Positions 41,962 to 55,756 are shown, counted from the stretch's first letter. The stretch is DNA of 64,000 nucleotides from an uncultured Verrucomicrobiae bacterium (GCA_963788655.1 CAWBHS010000059.1:96001-160000), one strand, 5' to 3'. The notes: generated by a model from the letters alone, not told the origin. Numbers and translations: made by a program.

Positions 41962-43449
41962 ATGTCTGAACAAGTCTATCTCGCCATTGATCTGGGCGCC
42001 GAAAGCGGTCGGGTGATCGCTGGACGCTGGAACGGTAAAACCATTCGACTCGAAGAAATGCACCGGTTTCCGAACGGCCCGGTATTCATCGGCGGCACCA
42101 TGCGCTGGGACGTGCTGCGGCAGTGGACCGAAATCCAAAATGGCCTGGGCCTGGCCGCCAAAAAGTTCGGCCAGAAGATCGTGTCGGCGGGCGCGGACAC
42201 CTGGGGCGTCGATTTCGTGCTTCTGAACAAGCAGAACGAGATGCTTGGCCAGCCTTACCATTACCGCGACGCCCGGACCAACGGCATCATGGAAAAGGCG
42301 TTCAAGAAGGTCTCGCGCGCTGAAATCTTCAAGCAAACCGGGCTCCAGTTCATGCAGCTCAACACGCTGTTCCAATTGATTGCCTTGAACCGGGTAAACC
42401 CGGATCTGCTCGCGGCTGCCGATTGTCTTTTGATGATGCCGGACTTCATCCATTGGTGCCTGTGCGGTTCGCGGGTCGTCGAATACACCAACGGCTCCAC
42501 CACCCAGTGCATGCATCCGCTCACGCGCAATTGGTCTTCCGGCTTGCTGAAGAAATTCGGCCTCCCGGTACGGCCCTTTCCAAAAGTGGTGCCGCCCGGC
42601 ACCAAGCTGGGCACCTTGCGTCCGTTCGTCGGCGAGCGCACCGGACTCGGCAAGATTCAAATCGTCGCCCCGCCCACGCACGACACCGCCTCGGCCGTGG
42701 CCGGCGTGCCGACGGCCAACACCGGCAAAGCCAACTGGGCGTATCTCAGTTCCGGTACGTGGTCATTGATGGGGACCGAGGTCAAGCAAGCCTCGCTCTC
42801 CGCGCAAACCCTCGCTTACAATCTCACTAACGAAGGCGGTATCGACGGCACGTTTCGTTTGCTCAAGAACATCATGGGCTTGTGGCTGGTGCAGCAGTGC
42901 AAACGTTCGTTCGAAGCCCGCGGCAAAAAATACGATTACGCCCAGCTCGCCAACCTGGCGGCGAAGGCGCCGGCGTTGCGGTCGCTGGTCAACCCGGATG
43001 ATCCGCGGTTTCTCAATCCGCCGGATATGGTCAAGGCGTTTCAAAGTTACTGCCGCGAAACCAAACAGCCCGTGCCGAAAACTGAAGGCGAACTGGTGCG
43101 TTGTGCTTACGAAAGCCTGGCGTTGAAATATCGTGAAGTGCTCAGTTGTCTGGAAGAACTCACTGGCAACCGCATCGAAGTCATTCACATCGTGGGCGGC
43201 GGTTCCCAGAGCAAAATCCTGAACCAATTCACCGCGGACGCCTGCCAGCGGCCGGTGCTCGCCGGGCCGGTCGAGGCCACGGCCATGGGCAATCTCATGA
43301 TGCAGGTTCGCGCCAACGGCGAAGTGCGATCCTTGGCGGAGATGCGCGAAGTCATTCGTCAATCCAGCAAAATGACCCGCCACCAACCGGGCTCCGTGGC
43401 GGCGTGGGAAGATGCCGCCGCGCAGTTCACGGCGTTACGCGAAGCGTAG
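41962..43449 (+). CDS. rhaB: Rhamnulokinase
   Basis: LAIDLGAESGR, DTWGVDF, HDTASAV, YLSSGTWSLMG, LKNIMGLW, GPVEATAMGN. Confidence 0.95.
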   Translation: MSEQVYLAIDLGAESGRVIAGRWNGKTIRLEEMHRFPNGPVFIGGTMRWDVLRQWTEIQNGLGLAAKKFGQKIVSAGADTWGVDFVLLNKQNEMLGQPYHYRDARTNGIMEKAFKKVSRAEIFKQTGLQFMQLNTLFQLIALNRVNPDLLAAADCLLMMPDFIHWCLCGSRVVEYTNGSTTQCMHPLTRNWSSGLLKKFGLPVRPFPKVVPPGTKLGTLRPFVGERTGLGKIQIVAPPTHDTASAVAGVPTANTGKANWAYLSSGTWSLMGTEVKQASLSAQTLAYNLTNEGGIDGTFRLLKNIMGLWLVQQCKRSFEARGKKYDYAQLANLAAKAPALRSLVNPDDPRFLNPPDMVKAFQSYCRETKQPVPKTEGELVRCAYESLALKYREVLSCLEELTGNRIEVIHIVGGGSQSKILNQFTADACQRPVLAGPVEATAMGNLMMQVRANGEVRSLAEMREVIRQSSKMTRHQPGSVAAWEDAAAQFTALREA

Positions 43450-43510
43450 GATAGCGTCCCGCCCGTCGCGATCGCACCCAAGCCGACGGAACGCAACTGT
43501 CGCAGCGGTC

Positions 43511-46500
43511 CTATTCCGGCTGCATCGGCGTCACCACGCGGTAGAACCGATGGCCATTGGCGCCGGCTTCCGGATCGGTGATCTGGAGGTTCGTCTTACT
43601 CGCTTGCGGCGGAATATTGGTCAGGCTGTTCCATAGGCTGCTGCCCAATTGGTCGGTGTATTGAATCGTGTAACTGACATTGGGCATGGCGGTGAATTCG
43701 ACCAGAGCGCCGTTGCCGTCTTCCGTCAGGTGCGCCTGTAACACACTCTGCGTATCGTTCGGGTCGGTTCCACTTTGGGATTCCTGCCAGTTGGTGCGCC
43801 CATCGTGGTCCGGATCCAAATCGCGGTCCCCCGGATTCGTCGGATCGAGGCCGTGTTGCATTTCCCACACGTCCGCCATGCCGTCACCGTCGCAATCATC
43901 GAGCACCAGCGACAACGTCGCCACCTCGCTGGTCACGGACCCGCTGGCATTGGCCACCACCACCACATACGGGCCTTCATCCGCCAGCTTCGGTTTCAGG
44001 ATCGTCAGGGTCGCCTCCGTGGCGCCCGTCAGCAGATTGGTTTCATTGAAGAACCATTGATACTGCAACGGTGAGATACTCGAGGCTTCCACCGTAAAGA
44101 CGGCGTCGGCGCAAGGCGTCACTGCCTGGTCGGTTGGCTGGGTGACAATCTGGGGGCCGCTGGCCAAAGTCACGTGCGCCACCAGGCTGGTGGCCATGCC
44201 CTCGCTGTTGGCGGCCACGGCCTGGTAATCGCCTTCAGCGGCGGCTTGCACATTGCTCAGCACCAGGCTGGCATTGGTGCCGGCGGCAATCGCGTTGGTG
44301 CCGTTGAAATACCATTGATAACTCAAGGGTGCCGTGCCGCGCGCTTCGGACACCAGCGTGGCATCGGTGCCGACCGCCACAGTCTGATTGGTCGGTTCAA
44401 TGGCAAAATAGGGAGCGGCCGGTTCGATGGTAATGTATGCTTTGTCACTCGGACGGCTCACGCGGCCCAGTTCGTTCGTCACGGCCACGTCCCAATAGTC
44501 ATCGTGCTGGCCGGTTTGGGCGTTTTCCACGGTAAACACGCAGTTCGTGGAGTAGAGAATGATGTTGGTATAGCCGGCCCCTTTGTGACGCCAGCGGTAG
44601 CTGATCGGCAGCGTGCCGTTGGCGGAAATGCTGATGCTGAAGGTGCGGCCTTCGAGGACGGTCTGGTTGACCGGTGTGGGCTGGAGCGTGATGGACGGTT
44701 GCACCAACACGGTCAGGATCGCTTCCGCGCTGAGGCGAGTGCCGATCTCGTCCGTGACGGCTACCTGGTAGGCCCCGTCATTGATGTATAATTCCGCGCT
44801 GTCCACCGTATAGCTCGCTCCGGTGGCTCCAGGAATCGGCTCGCCGTTGCGCTGCCATTGATACGCCAGCGTGCCCGTGCCGTTGGCAGTGACCGTAAAG
44901 TTCGCGCTTGCTCCAGGATTGACGCTGACGTTTTGCGGTTGCCCGACAATCTGCGGCAACCGCAGTACGGTCAGGGTGGCCGTGCGGCTCACCACGGCGC
45001 CGGCTGAGCCGAGCACCACCACGGAATAGCCGGCTTGGTAGGTAAACTGAATGTTGGGAATTTCCAGCGTCGGCCCGCTCACATTCGGTATGATCACATC
45101 ATTGGAGCGCCACAGATACTGGAATGGCCCGGTGCCGTCCACGGTCACGCTGAACGTGGCGGTGCTGAACTCGGCAACGGCCTGATCCGCCGGTTCCGTG
45201 GAAATAGTCGGCGGGTTGCCGCCCGCAAACGGTTCGCCCGGACTGGGGGCCGCGGCGAGCCAATTGGTCGGATCATTGCCGAACGCGTCGGCAGTAAGAC
45301 GATGGAGCGATGGCCCAATGCCATCGGCCGCTCCCGGCCAGGGCGCCGCATCGGTGTATTTGACTTGTTCCACCAGGATGTAGGGCACCACGGTAGCGGG
45401 CGGCGGTGGTGGAACGTCGGGCCGGGTTAGTTCCACACTGTCCTGGGCGTTGTTAAGTTGTCCGTCCCACGGGCCATACACCGGTACGGAGGTCGGAACG
45501 TCATTCCGGGTGCGGAACGACTCCAACGCGGCGGTGTCGGCCGGGTCGAAACTCGCCACCAGCAAGTAACCGCCCGGTGGCAGGCTGACATTGGTCGGGA
45601 ACGTAAACCGCACGGCATCCTTGAGCCGCCAAGTGTTGGTCGGATAGTTCGGGTCATAAAGCAGCACGGCGTCCGTCGAGAAATTGTGCAACTCGAGGTA
45701 TTCGTCCCGGTTGTTGTCTTGCAGGACACCCCCCACCATTTCATCGGGCGGATGATACATGATTTCACTGACAACCACCGGCCCCACCAGCGGTCCGGCG
45801 TTGGTCGCGTTCAGGGTCAAGGCGCGTTGCGCCACGAACTCCTCGTCGCCCTGGCTGGTGATGATACCGGCCAAAGGAAACCTTGTCCGGCGCGGCACCA
45901 AATTGAAAGCCATGCACGTAGCCGGTCAGATTGGTCTGCGCGTCGCCCGAGAACAAATACACCTCATCCCCATCGGCCCCGAGCGCAAAGCTGGGTGGCA
46001 CTCCGGGCAGCGGGTTAAAGTGTGATTCGTCAAACACCAGATAACCGCCCGCGGCAATGACGGTGTCATTCGGGATGCGGTATTTTTGCGGCGCGAAATA
46101 GTCATCGGTTAGAAACCAGCCGCCAATGTTCACGTCGGTGGTGGTCGGATTGTACAGCTCGATGCTATCGGTGGGCGGCGGCATCACCGAATGTGTCAGC
46201 GCTTCGTTGATCACGATGGGCGCAATGGTCGGATAAGTTGGAACCGTCGCCCCCGGCTCGCCGTAGAGTTGCCCGCTGGCGCGCCAATTGGATTTGTTGC
46301 CCCAGAGATCCGGTTCGGCTTGCTCGTCCACCACCGTCAACGAAAAGCCCAAGCCATCGGTGATCGGGTACCAGGAATTGTTATAGGAAAAGTCCAGGAT
46401 TTCCTCGCCACTTGCATCGATCAACTGAATCCGCTCGCCGGCGTTGTCGAGGGCGCCGTCATACTGGCCGGCAATGTTGAAGCCACTTCCGTAGCGGGCG

Positions 46501-49500
46501 GTAAAGGCCGCCGAGTCCCGCACCACCAGCACGACCTCACCCGGAGCCAGCGTCGTTACAGCGCTGCCGCTGAAGTCAAAATAAATGCCGTTGGTGAACC
46601 GGACGCTCGTCAAGTCGAGCGCCGCGGAGCCAGTGTTCTTGAGCTTGATGAATTCAAAGCTCTGCGAATCGTTCGTGTTACCCGCCAGCGGCGGCGGATT
46701 GTACATGATTTCGGTGATGCGCAGGTACTGTTGAGCCGGGCTGGGATTGCCCGGATAGGGATGTGCGTCCACCACACGGCCGGTGTCATCGATGACAGAG
46801 ATCGTCTCGCCCCGCGCGGAGAGTTGTCCTTTGTAAGATCCCTGAACGAACAATCCCTGGCCGCCCATGGGGCCCGTGCTCCGCGCCCGGAAGGCATTCA
46901 CGTCCGGGGAAACGTAGAGCACGCTGTAGAAGGGCATGATCGTTCCCGGCTGGAACGTGAAGCGCACCGCCCCGTCGAGTTTCCAATTGGAAATGTCCAC
47001 GGCATAAGGATTGGGGTTGGTCAGGCAGATGTATTCTTCGGCCTGGTTGCCGGAGGCAGGGTTGTAGTCCAGATCCTGGACCAGGATGGTCGCATCGACT
47101 GGTTGCTGGACGGGAATGCCGGCATTGTAATTGACCCCCAAACCGATCGGCTTGGCCGTGTTGGTTTCGCAGTGGGTGACGAAGAAGTGCGTGCGCCGCG
47201 GCTCAATGAATTGATCGATGAGATCGTTGATGCCATTGGTCAACCACTGGTTCGGCCCAAAGCAATACATGCCGCACGATCCTGACGAGCATGGCCAGGC
47301 CCATTTTTGGCGATCGAGAAAGGCCTCCGTCCAGATCTGATTCGTAAGGGCGACGATGTGCTGCTCGATGAAGCGGTCCGGGAAAGGCGTGCCGGGGGGC
47401 TGGAGGAATTGGTCCATCAACGTGCGTTCGCGGCGCAGGAGCATTTCACGCGTTTCCGGCACGGCGACGATGATGTCATAGATCCGGTTCCAGACATCCG
47501 GACGATAGGTCGCCGTCACTTGGGAACCGCCGTAGAGCGGGTGGGCTTTGTAAGCATCGTTAGTGGCGACGATCACGTTGAATACCGTCGGGGCGTCGCC
47601 GCAGTAGAGTTGGCCCCACGAGACGTTCAAATCAAAGGGGATGATGCTCCATTCGCCGTTGCCCGTGGTATCGCGATAGACCGACATGTTGGCCCAAACG
47701 TCGTCGCCTTCGAGCGTGAAGCGGGCGACGCTCAGGTAGTTGACGATTTCGGGCACGTTCAGGTTGTCGAAAAGAAAGGTCCGCCGTTGATCCAGCGTGC
47801 GGGTTTCGGCAATGCCGGCCGCCAGCGCATCGTAATCCTCACGACCTTCCCACTGGCGGGTCTTCTTCTCAAAGCCGCCGGTGCTGTAGTAATCCGGCGT
47901 GATGGTGCCCGCGGCTTTGTAGAGCGCGCCAATGGGGCTGTAGCCCAAGCGCTCGACTTGTTCTTTGCCGACGACATCGTTGTGAAAGGCGAGTTGGTAG
48001 AAAGCGCCGTTAAGTTGGACGCGCACCGGATAGTCAAATGCCGTGGGCACGCCCATCAAATCCATCATCCAAAACGACAGGTATTGGCGCAGATAAGCCG
48101 GATCGGCGTGCTCGGCCAGCAAGGAGGTATGCAGGATGCGCCCGCCCGGTCCCGGGTGCCGGAACGGATGTTGGGCGTTAAAGTTCAGCCGATGGGACTT
48201 CTTGGGATACGCGGCGGTGGTGTTGCCACGCAGCTCCATGTAAACGTTGTCATATAACTCACCATCGTAAAACAAGGCCACGCGGCCGCCGCTCTCGGTA
48301 TCGATCCCGCTCAGGTATTCGGCAGCAACGAAAATTTGGAAGATCGGCAGTTTGCTGGTGAGACTGGGATCGGTAATGACCGTTCCGAGATATTCGGCAG
48401 TATTGTTCGGATCTTCAAACAAGGGCCAGCGCGACTGCCGGTTTCCGAAATCTTTCGCCGTGATGAACCAGCGGATCATCTGGCCATTCGTCGCCGAGTT
48501 GGCGGGGATGGTGGCGCCATAAATGCCGTCGCCGCCCATCCCGTCTCCGTGCTGGCCGTCATCGAACATGGTGATCGTGTTGGTCACGCCGAACATGACC
48601 CGCCAATTTAATGTAACTTCAGTGATTGGGTTAAACGACGGCGCCACCTTGGCGGTTACCACAATGGGATCGTTAAAATTCGGTTGCGCAGGAGGTGCGG
48701 GCGTGAAGTTTGCCGCGCTGATGATGGGACCGAGGTCCGCAGTTCCCAAGCCGTTCACATCCCCGGGCGTGGGAGTGGTGAAATAGCGTGCCTGCGCCCC
48801 GTATTCTCCCAACGACGCGCCACTCAATTCGGCTGAAATCAAGAAATCTGAGTTGGCGGCGCTGGTGTTTAATCCCTGGATTGCCAATACGTTGGGACCC
48901 ACCAGCAGCGAACCGCTGGCGCCGGTGATGTTGATGGTTTCGGATTGGACGGCCTGGGCATCCGGATGGTATGTCGTGGCGGCGGCGTTCCAGGGCAGGG
49001 GATTCAACGTGACGGCGGTCGGAGCATTGCGCCAGGCTACGAGATTGCCATTGAGATAGGCCGCGAAACCGTCGTCATATTTTATCTGCAGGATCAGCCG
49101 GTCCACCTGGGAAGGATCGTCGAGGTTAAACGGGTAGCGGAGGTAGGCGGAACTGTTCACCCCGTGCATCGCCGTGGTGAGGTCGGTGCCGATCAGACTG
49201 GTGTACGAACCCGAGGCCACCGGCGTACTCGCCGCCTGGTACTGCTCGGAAATCTCGGCCGCCGACAGGGCCCGGTTCCACACGGCTACTTCATCAATCT
49301 GGCCATTGAAAAAGTTCCCTGAGGCATCGAAGACCCCACCGCCCCCGATGTGAAACGTACTACTGGACGAACCGTAGTTGCTGGAGGCCGTGCCGCCCGT
49401 CGCCGCCAGGACGCCGTTCGTGTAAAGCTTCAACGTGCTGCCATCGGCCACGGCGCAGACATGGTACCATTGGTTGATGGGCAGCGACCAGGGGAGATTC

Positions 49501-50504
49501 ACAGAGCCGCCGTTCGGGGTCCAGATTTGCAGGTTGTCGGTAGCGGAAAAACCAAACTCGACCGCATCATTCTGCCCGAACAAACCAGTTCGGGCGGCGG
49601 GTGTGGCCAGCGGACGGATCCACCCCGCCATGCTGAAAGCACCGAGATTGCTCAAGAAGCTGCTGCTGGTGTTGACATAGCTGCTGGTGCCGTTGAATTG
49701 GCCGGCGTTGTTATCGTTCTCAAAGCCGCCGTAAGCAGGAGGGCGCGGTCCCGCCACATTAAGGGTGACACTTTGATAAGTCCCGGCCACGCCGTTGGCG
49801 CCGATGTTCGCCGCCGCCGAACCGCTGGTTTCATTCAACCGCCAATAAGCAATCGGACTGGAAGCCTGGATGATCGAGGCGACCGAGTCCTCGCCTGGAT
49901 TCGGTTCGCCCGTGTCGAAGCCCACCCCGTCGGGGCCTTGAATCCACGTGCTGTCGTCGAAGCCCACTTGCGTCCAGGTGTCTCCCAGACTGTCGTTCGC
50001 CGGCACCAGCGCCCGCACTGCCGCTCCGGCCGGTAGCAGGGTGAAATTGGTTTGCTCGATGCCAAACCCGTAGGAAACGCCGGTGAACTGCGGCGGGTAC
50101 GCGGGGGCAAATTCCGTGGCAATCGTTTCGCCATCCGGCTCGACCAAGGCGAGATATTCTCCGGATCCCGAGAGCTTGAAGCTGGTGTGCAGTGGGGCGC
50201 CCGGCAAACGGCGATCCTTTTCCGAGGCGAAGACAATCATAAACGCGCCGGCGTTGATATTCGTCGCGGGAAAACGCCATCGCTTCAGCTCGCTGGGCCG
50301 GTCGGTCAATGACCAATCGAGCAAATTGACCGTGTTCGTGCCCGGATTGTGAATCTCGATCCAGTCCGGATACTCCCCATCTTCATCCGCCAACGTGCCG
50401 GCGTTGCTGGCCATGAATTCGGAGATGACCAGTTGGCCGACAGAGGGGGAGACACTCAGAAATCCGGTTAAACCAATGTACAGTAGGAATTTAAACGTTT
50501 TCAT
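43511..50504 (-). CDS. Giant secreted protein (~2330 aa): lamin-tail domains, LamG, CotH kinase, Ig-like repeats, Ca-binding DxDGDG motifs (+1 frameshift near 45865)
   Basis: LVISEFMASN, AYWRLNE...FNGQIDEVAVWNRALS, LRGNTT...KKS...IPFDL, ITEIMYNP/VSEIMYHP, five Ig-like repeats, DCDGDG, RFYRV. ORFs 45765..50504 and 43511..45913 join at FGRY|ITSQG. Confidence 0.88.
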
Positions 50505-50799
50505 ACGGCTTTAACAGGAATGTAACATATCAGTTATTGGAAGCAAAGCCAATGCTGGAGTTTATCAAGTTAGGGGGACGCGTTGACTCAAATTAAAAGA
50601 CACCGAGGGAGAAAATCCGGAGGGAGGCAAAAGGGAAGTTAAAGGAAATTTTGATTTGATCAGCAATACAACCAGAGCAAGACAGTCCTCTCCGCATAAA
50701 TTGCGGCGCCGCGTGTGGTTCACGCATCCCGTCTTTTGGCGAGCGGAGCGCGCGCCTTCAATCCGCACACCGTTGGCCCACCATCCCTGCTTGTTGAGA

Positions 50800-51006
50800 T
50801 TAGTACTTGGTCTTGATCCCGCAAGCCCGCATCAGGCACCAGCCCCGCACGGCTTCAAACAAGACAAACCCGCCCGAAGTCACCAAGACGATGCCGACCC
50901 AGAGTTGGTAGGTTGCCAGCACCAAACCAGCCACCACAAGTAACACTCCCAACGTTGCTCGCAGGATGCGCCCTTTCCGATCAATATTGCGTCGCCAGAA
51001 ACTCAT
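50800..51006 (-). CDS. DUF2892/YgaP-like small membrane protein
   Basis: NIDRKGRILR, two TM helices, GWCLMRACGIKTKY. Confidence 0.8.
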   Translation of the reverse strand: MSFWRRNIDRKGRILRATLGVLLVVAGLVLATYQLWVGIVLVTSGGFVLFEAVRGWCLMRACGIKTKY

Positions 51007-51101
51007 CTTCCTCAACAGGTAGCAAAGCAAGCGGTCCAAAGCAAATGCGTGGATGAAATGGCGACTGGATCGGACACCGTGTGGGGTGGGAGCACCAGAT
51101 C

Positions 51102-51139
51102 AAAAAAACCATCCAACCGGACCGGGTCCGGTTGGATGG
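51102..51139 (-). terminator. Rho-independent terminator of eno
   Basis: 14-bp stem CCATCCAACCGGAC/GTCCGGTTGGATGG followed by U7 on the minus strand. Confidence 0.85.
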
Positions 51140-51162
51140 CTTCGACTTGCTGACAGAGCGCG

Positions 51163-52457
<1,295 letters not shown>

Positions 52458-52487
52458 TCAAATTTCAGAATTACAAAATGTCCGGGC

Positions 52488-52515
52488 ATCTTATGGGGGA
52501 ACCGGGCTGAGTCAA
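52488..52515 (-). promoter_or_regulatory. Putative sigma70 promoter of eno
   Basis: TTGACT-N16-TAAGAT. Confidence 0.55.
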
Positions 52516-52676
52516 GGAGAGGTTCGCGGTGGCGGGTGAGCGCATCCACTGGGAAGTTGTCGAGCGGAGGACTGTGATCTCAGGGGTCGGCGGCCAGTAC
52601 GTGGCGGCGGTTTTGACGGTTCGAGGACTTCTGCTTGTTCGCCAGCTTTCCTTGCGGCACAATGGCAGCACAATCA

Positions 52677-53303
52677 ATGAACATGAAATTACTGCCAAAG
52701 CTCGGTCTGGTTATTTGGGCTGCCAGTCTGTTGTTCACCCTCCGCAGCAGTGGCGCCGAAGCCACCGCCAATGAAATTCTGGTTCGCTATTTTTACGAGC
52801 CGGAACTGATTCAACAACTGCAGGACAAGCTCACGCTGACCCAGGACCAGAAATTCGCCCTGCAAGTGGAACTGAAGGTCGCTAAAGATCGGGTGGCTTA
52901 CCTGCAAGGGCAAATCCGTCAGGAAACCCAGCGCTTAATCCCATTAGTTAGTCCGGATCAAGTGGACGAGGATGCCGTGCTGGCCCAGTCGAAGAAAATT
53001 CTCGATCTGGAACAAGAGATCAAGCACGTGCAGTTGAAGTTGCTGGTGCATCTGAAGAACAAATTGACCCCGCAACAACAAGCCGTGTTGAAGCCGATCA
53101 AAGCGCGTCAGTTGGCCCTGCAAGCCAAACTGCTCAAGGCCCAAGCCATGATCCTGCAACAGCAGCAGGAAGGACGAGATTTGTCCGCCTTGACCCACTT
53201 TAAACAAGAGTTCGAAACCTTGGTGAAACAGGGGCAATTCGAAAAAGCGGAAATCGTCATCGACCGCACGTTGACGTTTCTTGAGGGGAACCGGGGGAAG
53301 TGA
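52677..53303 (+). CDS. Periplasmic Spy/CpxP/heavy-metal-sensor-like helical protein
   Basis: Signal peptide; LTLTQDQ and LTPQQQ (LTxxQ) motifs. Confidence 0.7.
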   Translation: MNMKLLPKLGLVIWAASLLFTLRSSGAEATANEILVRYFYEPELIQQLQDKLTLTQDQKFALQVELKVAKDRVAYLQGQIRQETQRLIPLVSPDQVDEDAVLAQSKKILDLEQEIKHVQLKLLVHLKNKLTPQQQAVLKPIKARQLALQAKLLKAQAMILQQQQEGRDLSALTHFKQEFETLVKQGQFEKAEIVIDRTLTFLEGNRGK

Positions 53304-53448
53304 CGGTTGGGAGGCGAGGGGAACGCTTGCAGCGTTGATGAGTTGAATGAGGGATGTGGGTTGGCGAATGGTAAACCGATTGGGCGATTGAAGGCGTAAA
53401 CAGTCAAATGGATGGAGCAATGAAAGATCGATCAGGAATCGTCGGTGT

Positions 53449-53856
53449 ATGAAAGGTTCTCCACGAATTGGAACGATCGGGGAACAGCAGTTTGTCGTCG
53501 AGCCGCGGCACACCATTGACTTCACCGAGGGCGGTATGCCGGCGGTGTTGGGTACGCCGGCGTTGGTAGGATTTCTGGAACGAACCGCTCGGGAAGCCCT
53601 GGTTCCCTTTCTGGAACCGAATGAGAATTCCGTGGGGATCGAAATCGATCTGCGCCACTCCGCGCCGACGCCACCCGGCCAATCCATCTCCTGTTTGGCT
53701 CGTGTCATTCATGTCGAGGGCCGGCGCGTGACGTTTCAGCTTGAAGCGCGCGATGCGCGCGAACTCATCGCTCGTGGGCTGCACCAACGACAGGTAATCC
53801 GGATGGAGCGATTTGCGCAGATGGTCCAACGGAAAGTGGCCGATCAACGTCAATGA
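53449..53856 (+). CDS. FlK-like hotdog-fold thioesterase
   Basis: VLGTPALVGFLE, SVGIEIDLRHSAPTP, GLHQR. Confidence 0.88.
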   Translation: MKGSPRIGTIGEQQFVVEPRHTIDFTEGGMPAVLGTPALVGFLERTAREALVPFLEPNENSVGIEIDLRHSAPTPPGQSISCLARVIHVEGRRVTFQLEARDARELIARGLHQRQVIRMERFAQMVQRKVADQRQ

Positions 53857-53977
53857 TACCTTCCCAAAGGACTCCGGGCACCAATAGGGCGGGCTCATAA
53901 AACAAGGGCCGAATGCACAAACTCGGCCCTGGCCCATGTCATTGCCGCTGGGAACCAGCGGCTTCAGCCAAAAAATG

Positions 53978-54364
53978 TTATGCCTTCGCGGCGGCTTTGG
54001 CCGCCTCGAGTCGCATGTCGCGCTGTTTCACGAGGGTAGCCGCTTTGCCCAACCGCTTCCGCAAATAGGTTAATTTGGCCCGGCGCACGCGACCATGGCG
54101 GGTGACTTCAATTTTATCGACGCGCGGTGAGTGCAGCGGGAACACCCGTTCCACGCCTTCGCCGTAGCTGATCCGGCGGACGGTAAACATCGAGTTCATG
54201 CCGCGCCCGCGCTTACCGATCACGATCCCGGCAAAGATCTGCACGCGCTCCTTGTCGCCTTCCACGACTTTGGTATGCACGCGGACGGTGTCGCCGACGT
54301 TAAAACTGGCCGGTTCCTTGCGGAACTGTTCGGACTCGATTTTATCAAACAATGCTTGGCTCAT
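53978..54364 (-). CDS. rplS: 50S ribosomal protein L19
   Basis: [38 protein letters not shown]. Confidence 0.97.
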   Translation of the reverse strand: MSQALFDKIESEQFRKEPASFNVGDTVRVHTKVVEGDKERVQIFAGIVIGKRGRGMNSMFTVRRISYGEGVERVFPLHSPRVDKIEVTRHGRVRRAKLTYLRKRLGKAATLVKQRDMRLEAAKAAAKA

Positions 54365-54443
54365 AACATCACTATGGAAGTGCCGGGGAAACAGGCAGTT
54401 CGGGGGAGCGGGACAGGAATCGCTCCGTCACCGTGGCCACCGT

Positions 54444-55142
54444 CTATCCCGAATTAGTTTCATCATTCTCTGTCGGTTTCAATAAATCTGGGCGGCGTGC
54501 TCGCGTTCGTGCGCGTGCCTGCGCGGCTCGCCATTTTTCAATTTCCGCATGATGCCCCGAGAGCAGCACCTCGGGAACCTTCAGTCCGCGGTACTCGGCC
54601 GGCCGCGTGTAGTGCGGATATTCCAGCAAGCCCTGGCTAAAGGACTCGTCCACCACACTTTCGTCTTTGCCGAGAGCTCCCGGCAGCAACCGCGTCACTG
54701 CGTCAATGATCACCATCGCCGGCAGACCGCCATTGGTTAGCACATAATCGCCAATGGACAGTTCGTCGTCCACCAGCGCTTCGCGCACGCGCTCGTCCAC
54801 GCCTTCGTAACCACCGCAAATAATCAGCAGATGGCTGGCCCCGGCCAGTTCGCGAGCGATAGCCTGGTTGAACACCCGGCCTACCGGGGCGGTCAAGACG
54901 ACCCGCGTCGCGTCGCCGGTCAGGCTTTCCACGGCTTCAAAGATCGGTTCGGGCTTCAGCACCATGCCGGGCCCCCCGCCAAACGGGCGGTCATCCACGG
55001 TTTTGTAGTGGTCGTGGGTCCACTGCCGCAAATTATGGATGCGCAAGTCCAAGCGCCCGCTGGCCCGCGCCCGCTGGAGAATACTCACATCCAGCGGTCC
55101 GGTGAACATGTCCGGAAACAAAGTGAGCACATCGATTTTCAT
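54444..55142 (-). CDS. trmD: tRNA (guanine-N1)-methyltransferase
   Basis: [49 protein letters not shown]. Confidence 0.97.
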   Translation of the reverse strand: MKIDVLTLFPDMFTGPLDVSILQRARASGRLDLRIHNLRQWTHDHYKTVDDRPFGGGPGMVLKPEPIFEAVESLTGDATRVVLTAPVGRVFNQAIARELAGASHLLIICGGYEGVDERVREALVDDELSIGDYVLTNGGLPAMVIIDAVTRLLPGALGKDESVVDESFSQGLLEYPHYTRPAEYRGLKVPEVLLSGHHAEIEKWRAAQARARTRARRPDLLKPTENDETNSG

Positions 55143-55225
55143 GACCTACAGCGGACCCCGGAACCGGGAGCCGCCAGCTCACGCGCGCCTCCTTCCTCGA
55201 ATGAGGCCGGCCAAAGCGCGAAGAA

Positions 55226-55471
55226 TCACTTCGCTGGCCGATCTTCAATAATCTCCAGCGAACACCGCAGTCCTTTCCGGGCGCTGCCGGCTTGCAGCAA
55301 CGAACGGATGGCATTGATGGCGACCCCCTGTTTGCCGATGACCCGGCCCACGTCATCGGGATTGAGCCGCAATTCATACACCGTCATCGCATTATGTTCT
55401 GTGGGCGTAACGGTCACCTCGTCAGGATGTTTGACGAGACCTTTAACCACGTATTCCAGAAATTCTTGCAT
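55226..55471 (-). CDS. khpA: KH-domain RNA-binding protein
   Basis: DVGRVIGKQGVAINAIRSLL; canonical position after rpsP. Confidence 0.92.
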   Translation of the reverse strand: MQEFLEYVVKGLVKHPDEVTVTPTEHNAMTVYELRLNPDDVGRVIGKQGVAINAIRSLLQAGSARKGLRCSLEIIEDRPAK

Positions 55472-55489
55472 GGCCGATGGGCGGGAGAA

Positions 55490-55756
55490 TTACGCCGCAG
55501 GTTCCGGTGCCGCCGCCACTTTCAGAGCCCGTTTGATAAAACTGGCCGTAGTCACGGACGGCTGGGCACCCTGGCTGAGCCAATACTTGGTGCGGTCCAG
55601 GTCCAGCGTGACATTTTCCGATTTCTTCATCGGATCATAGCTACCCAATTCCTCGATGCACTTGCCATCGCGGGGGCTGCGGCTGTCGGCCACCACGATG
55701 CGATAGGCCGCCCGATTTTTTGTGCCGACGCGCTTTAAGCGAATTTTTACTGACAT
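55490..55756 (-). CDS. rpsP: 30S ribosomal protein S16
   Basis: MSVKIRLKR, YRIVVADSRSPRDG, YWLSQGAQPS. Confidence 0.97.
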   Translation of the reverse strand: MSVKIRLKRVGTKNRAAYRIVVADSRSPRDGKCIEELGSYDPMKKSENVTLDLDRTKYWLSQGAQPSVTTASFIKRALKVAAAPEPAA

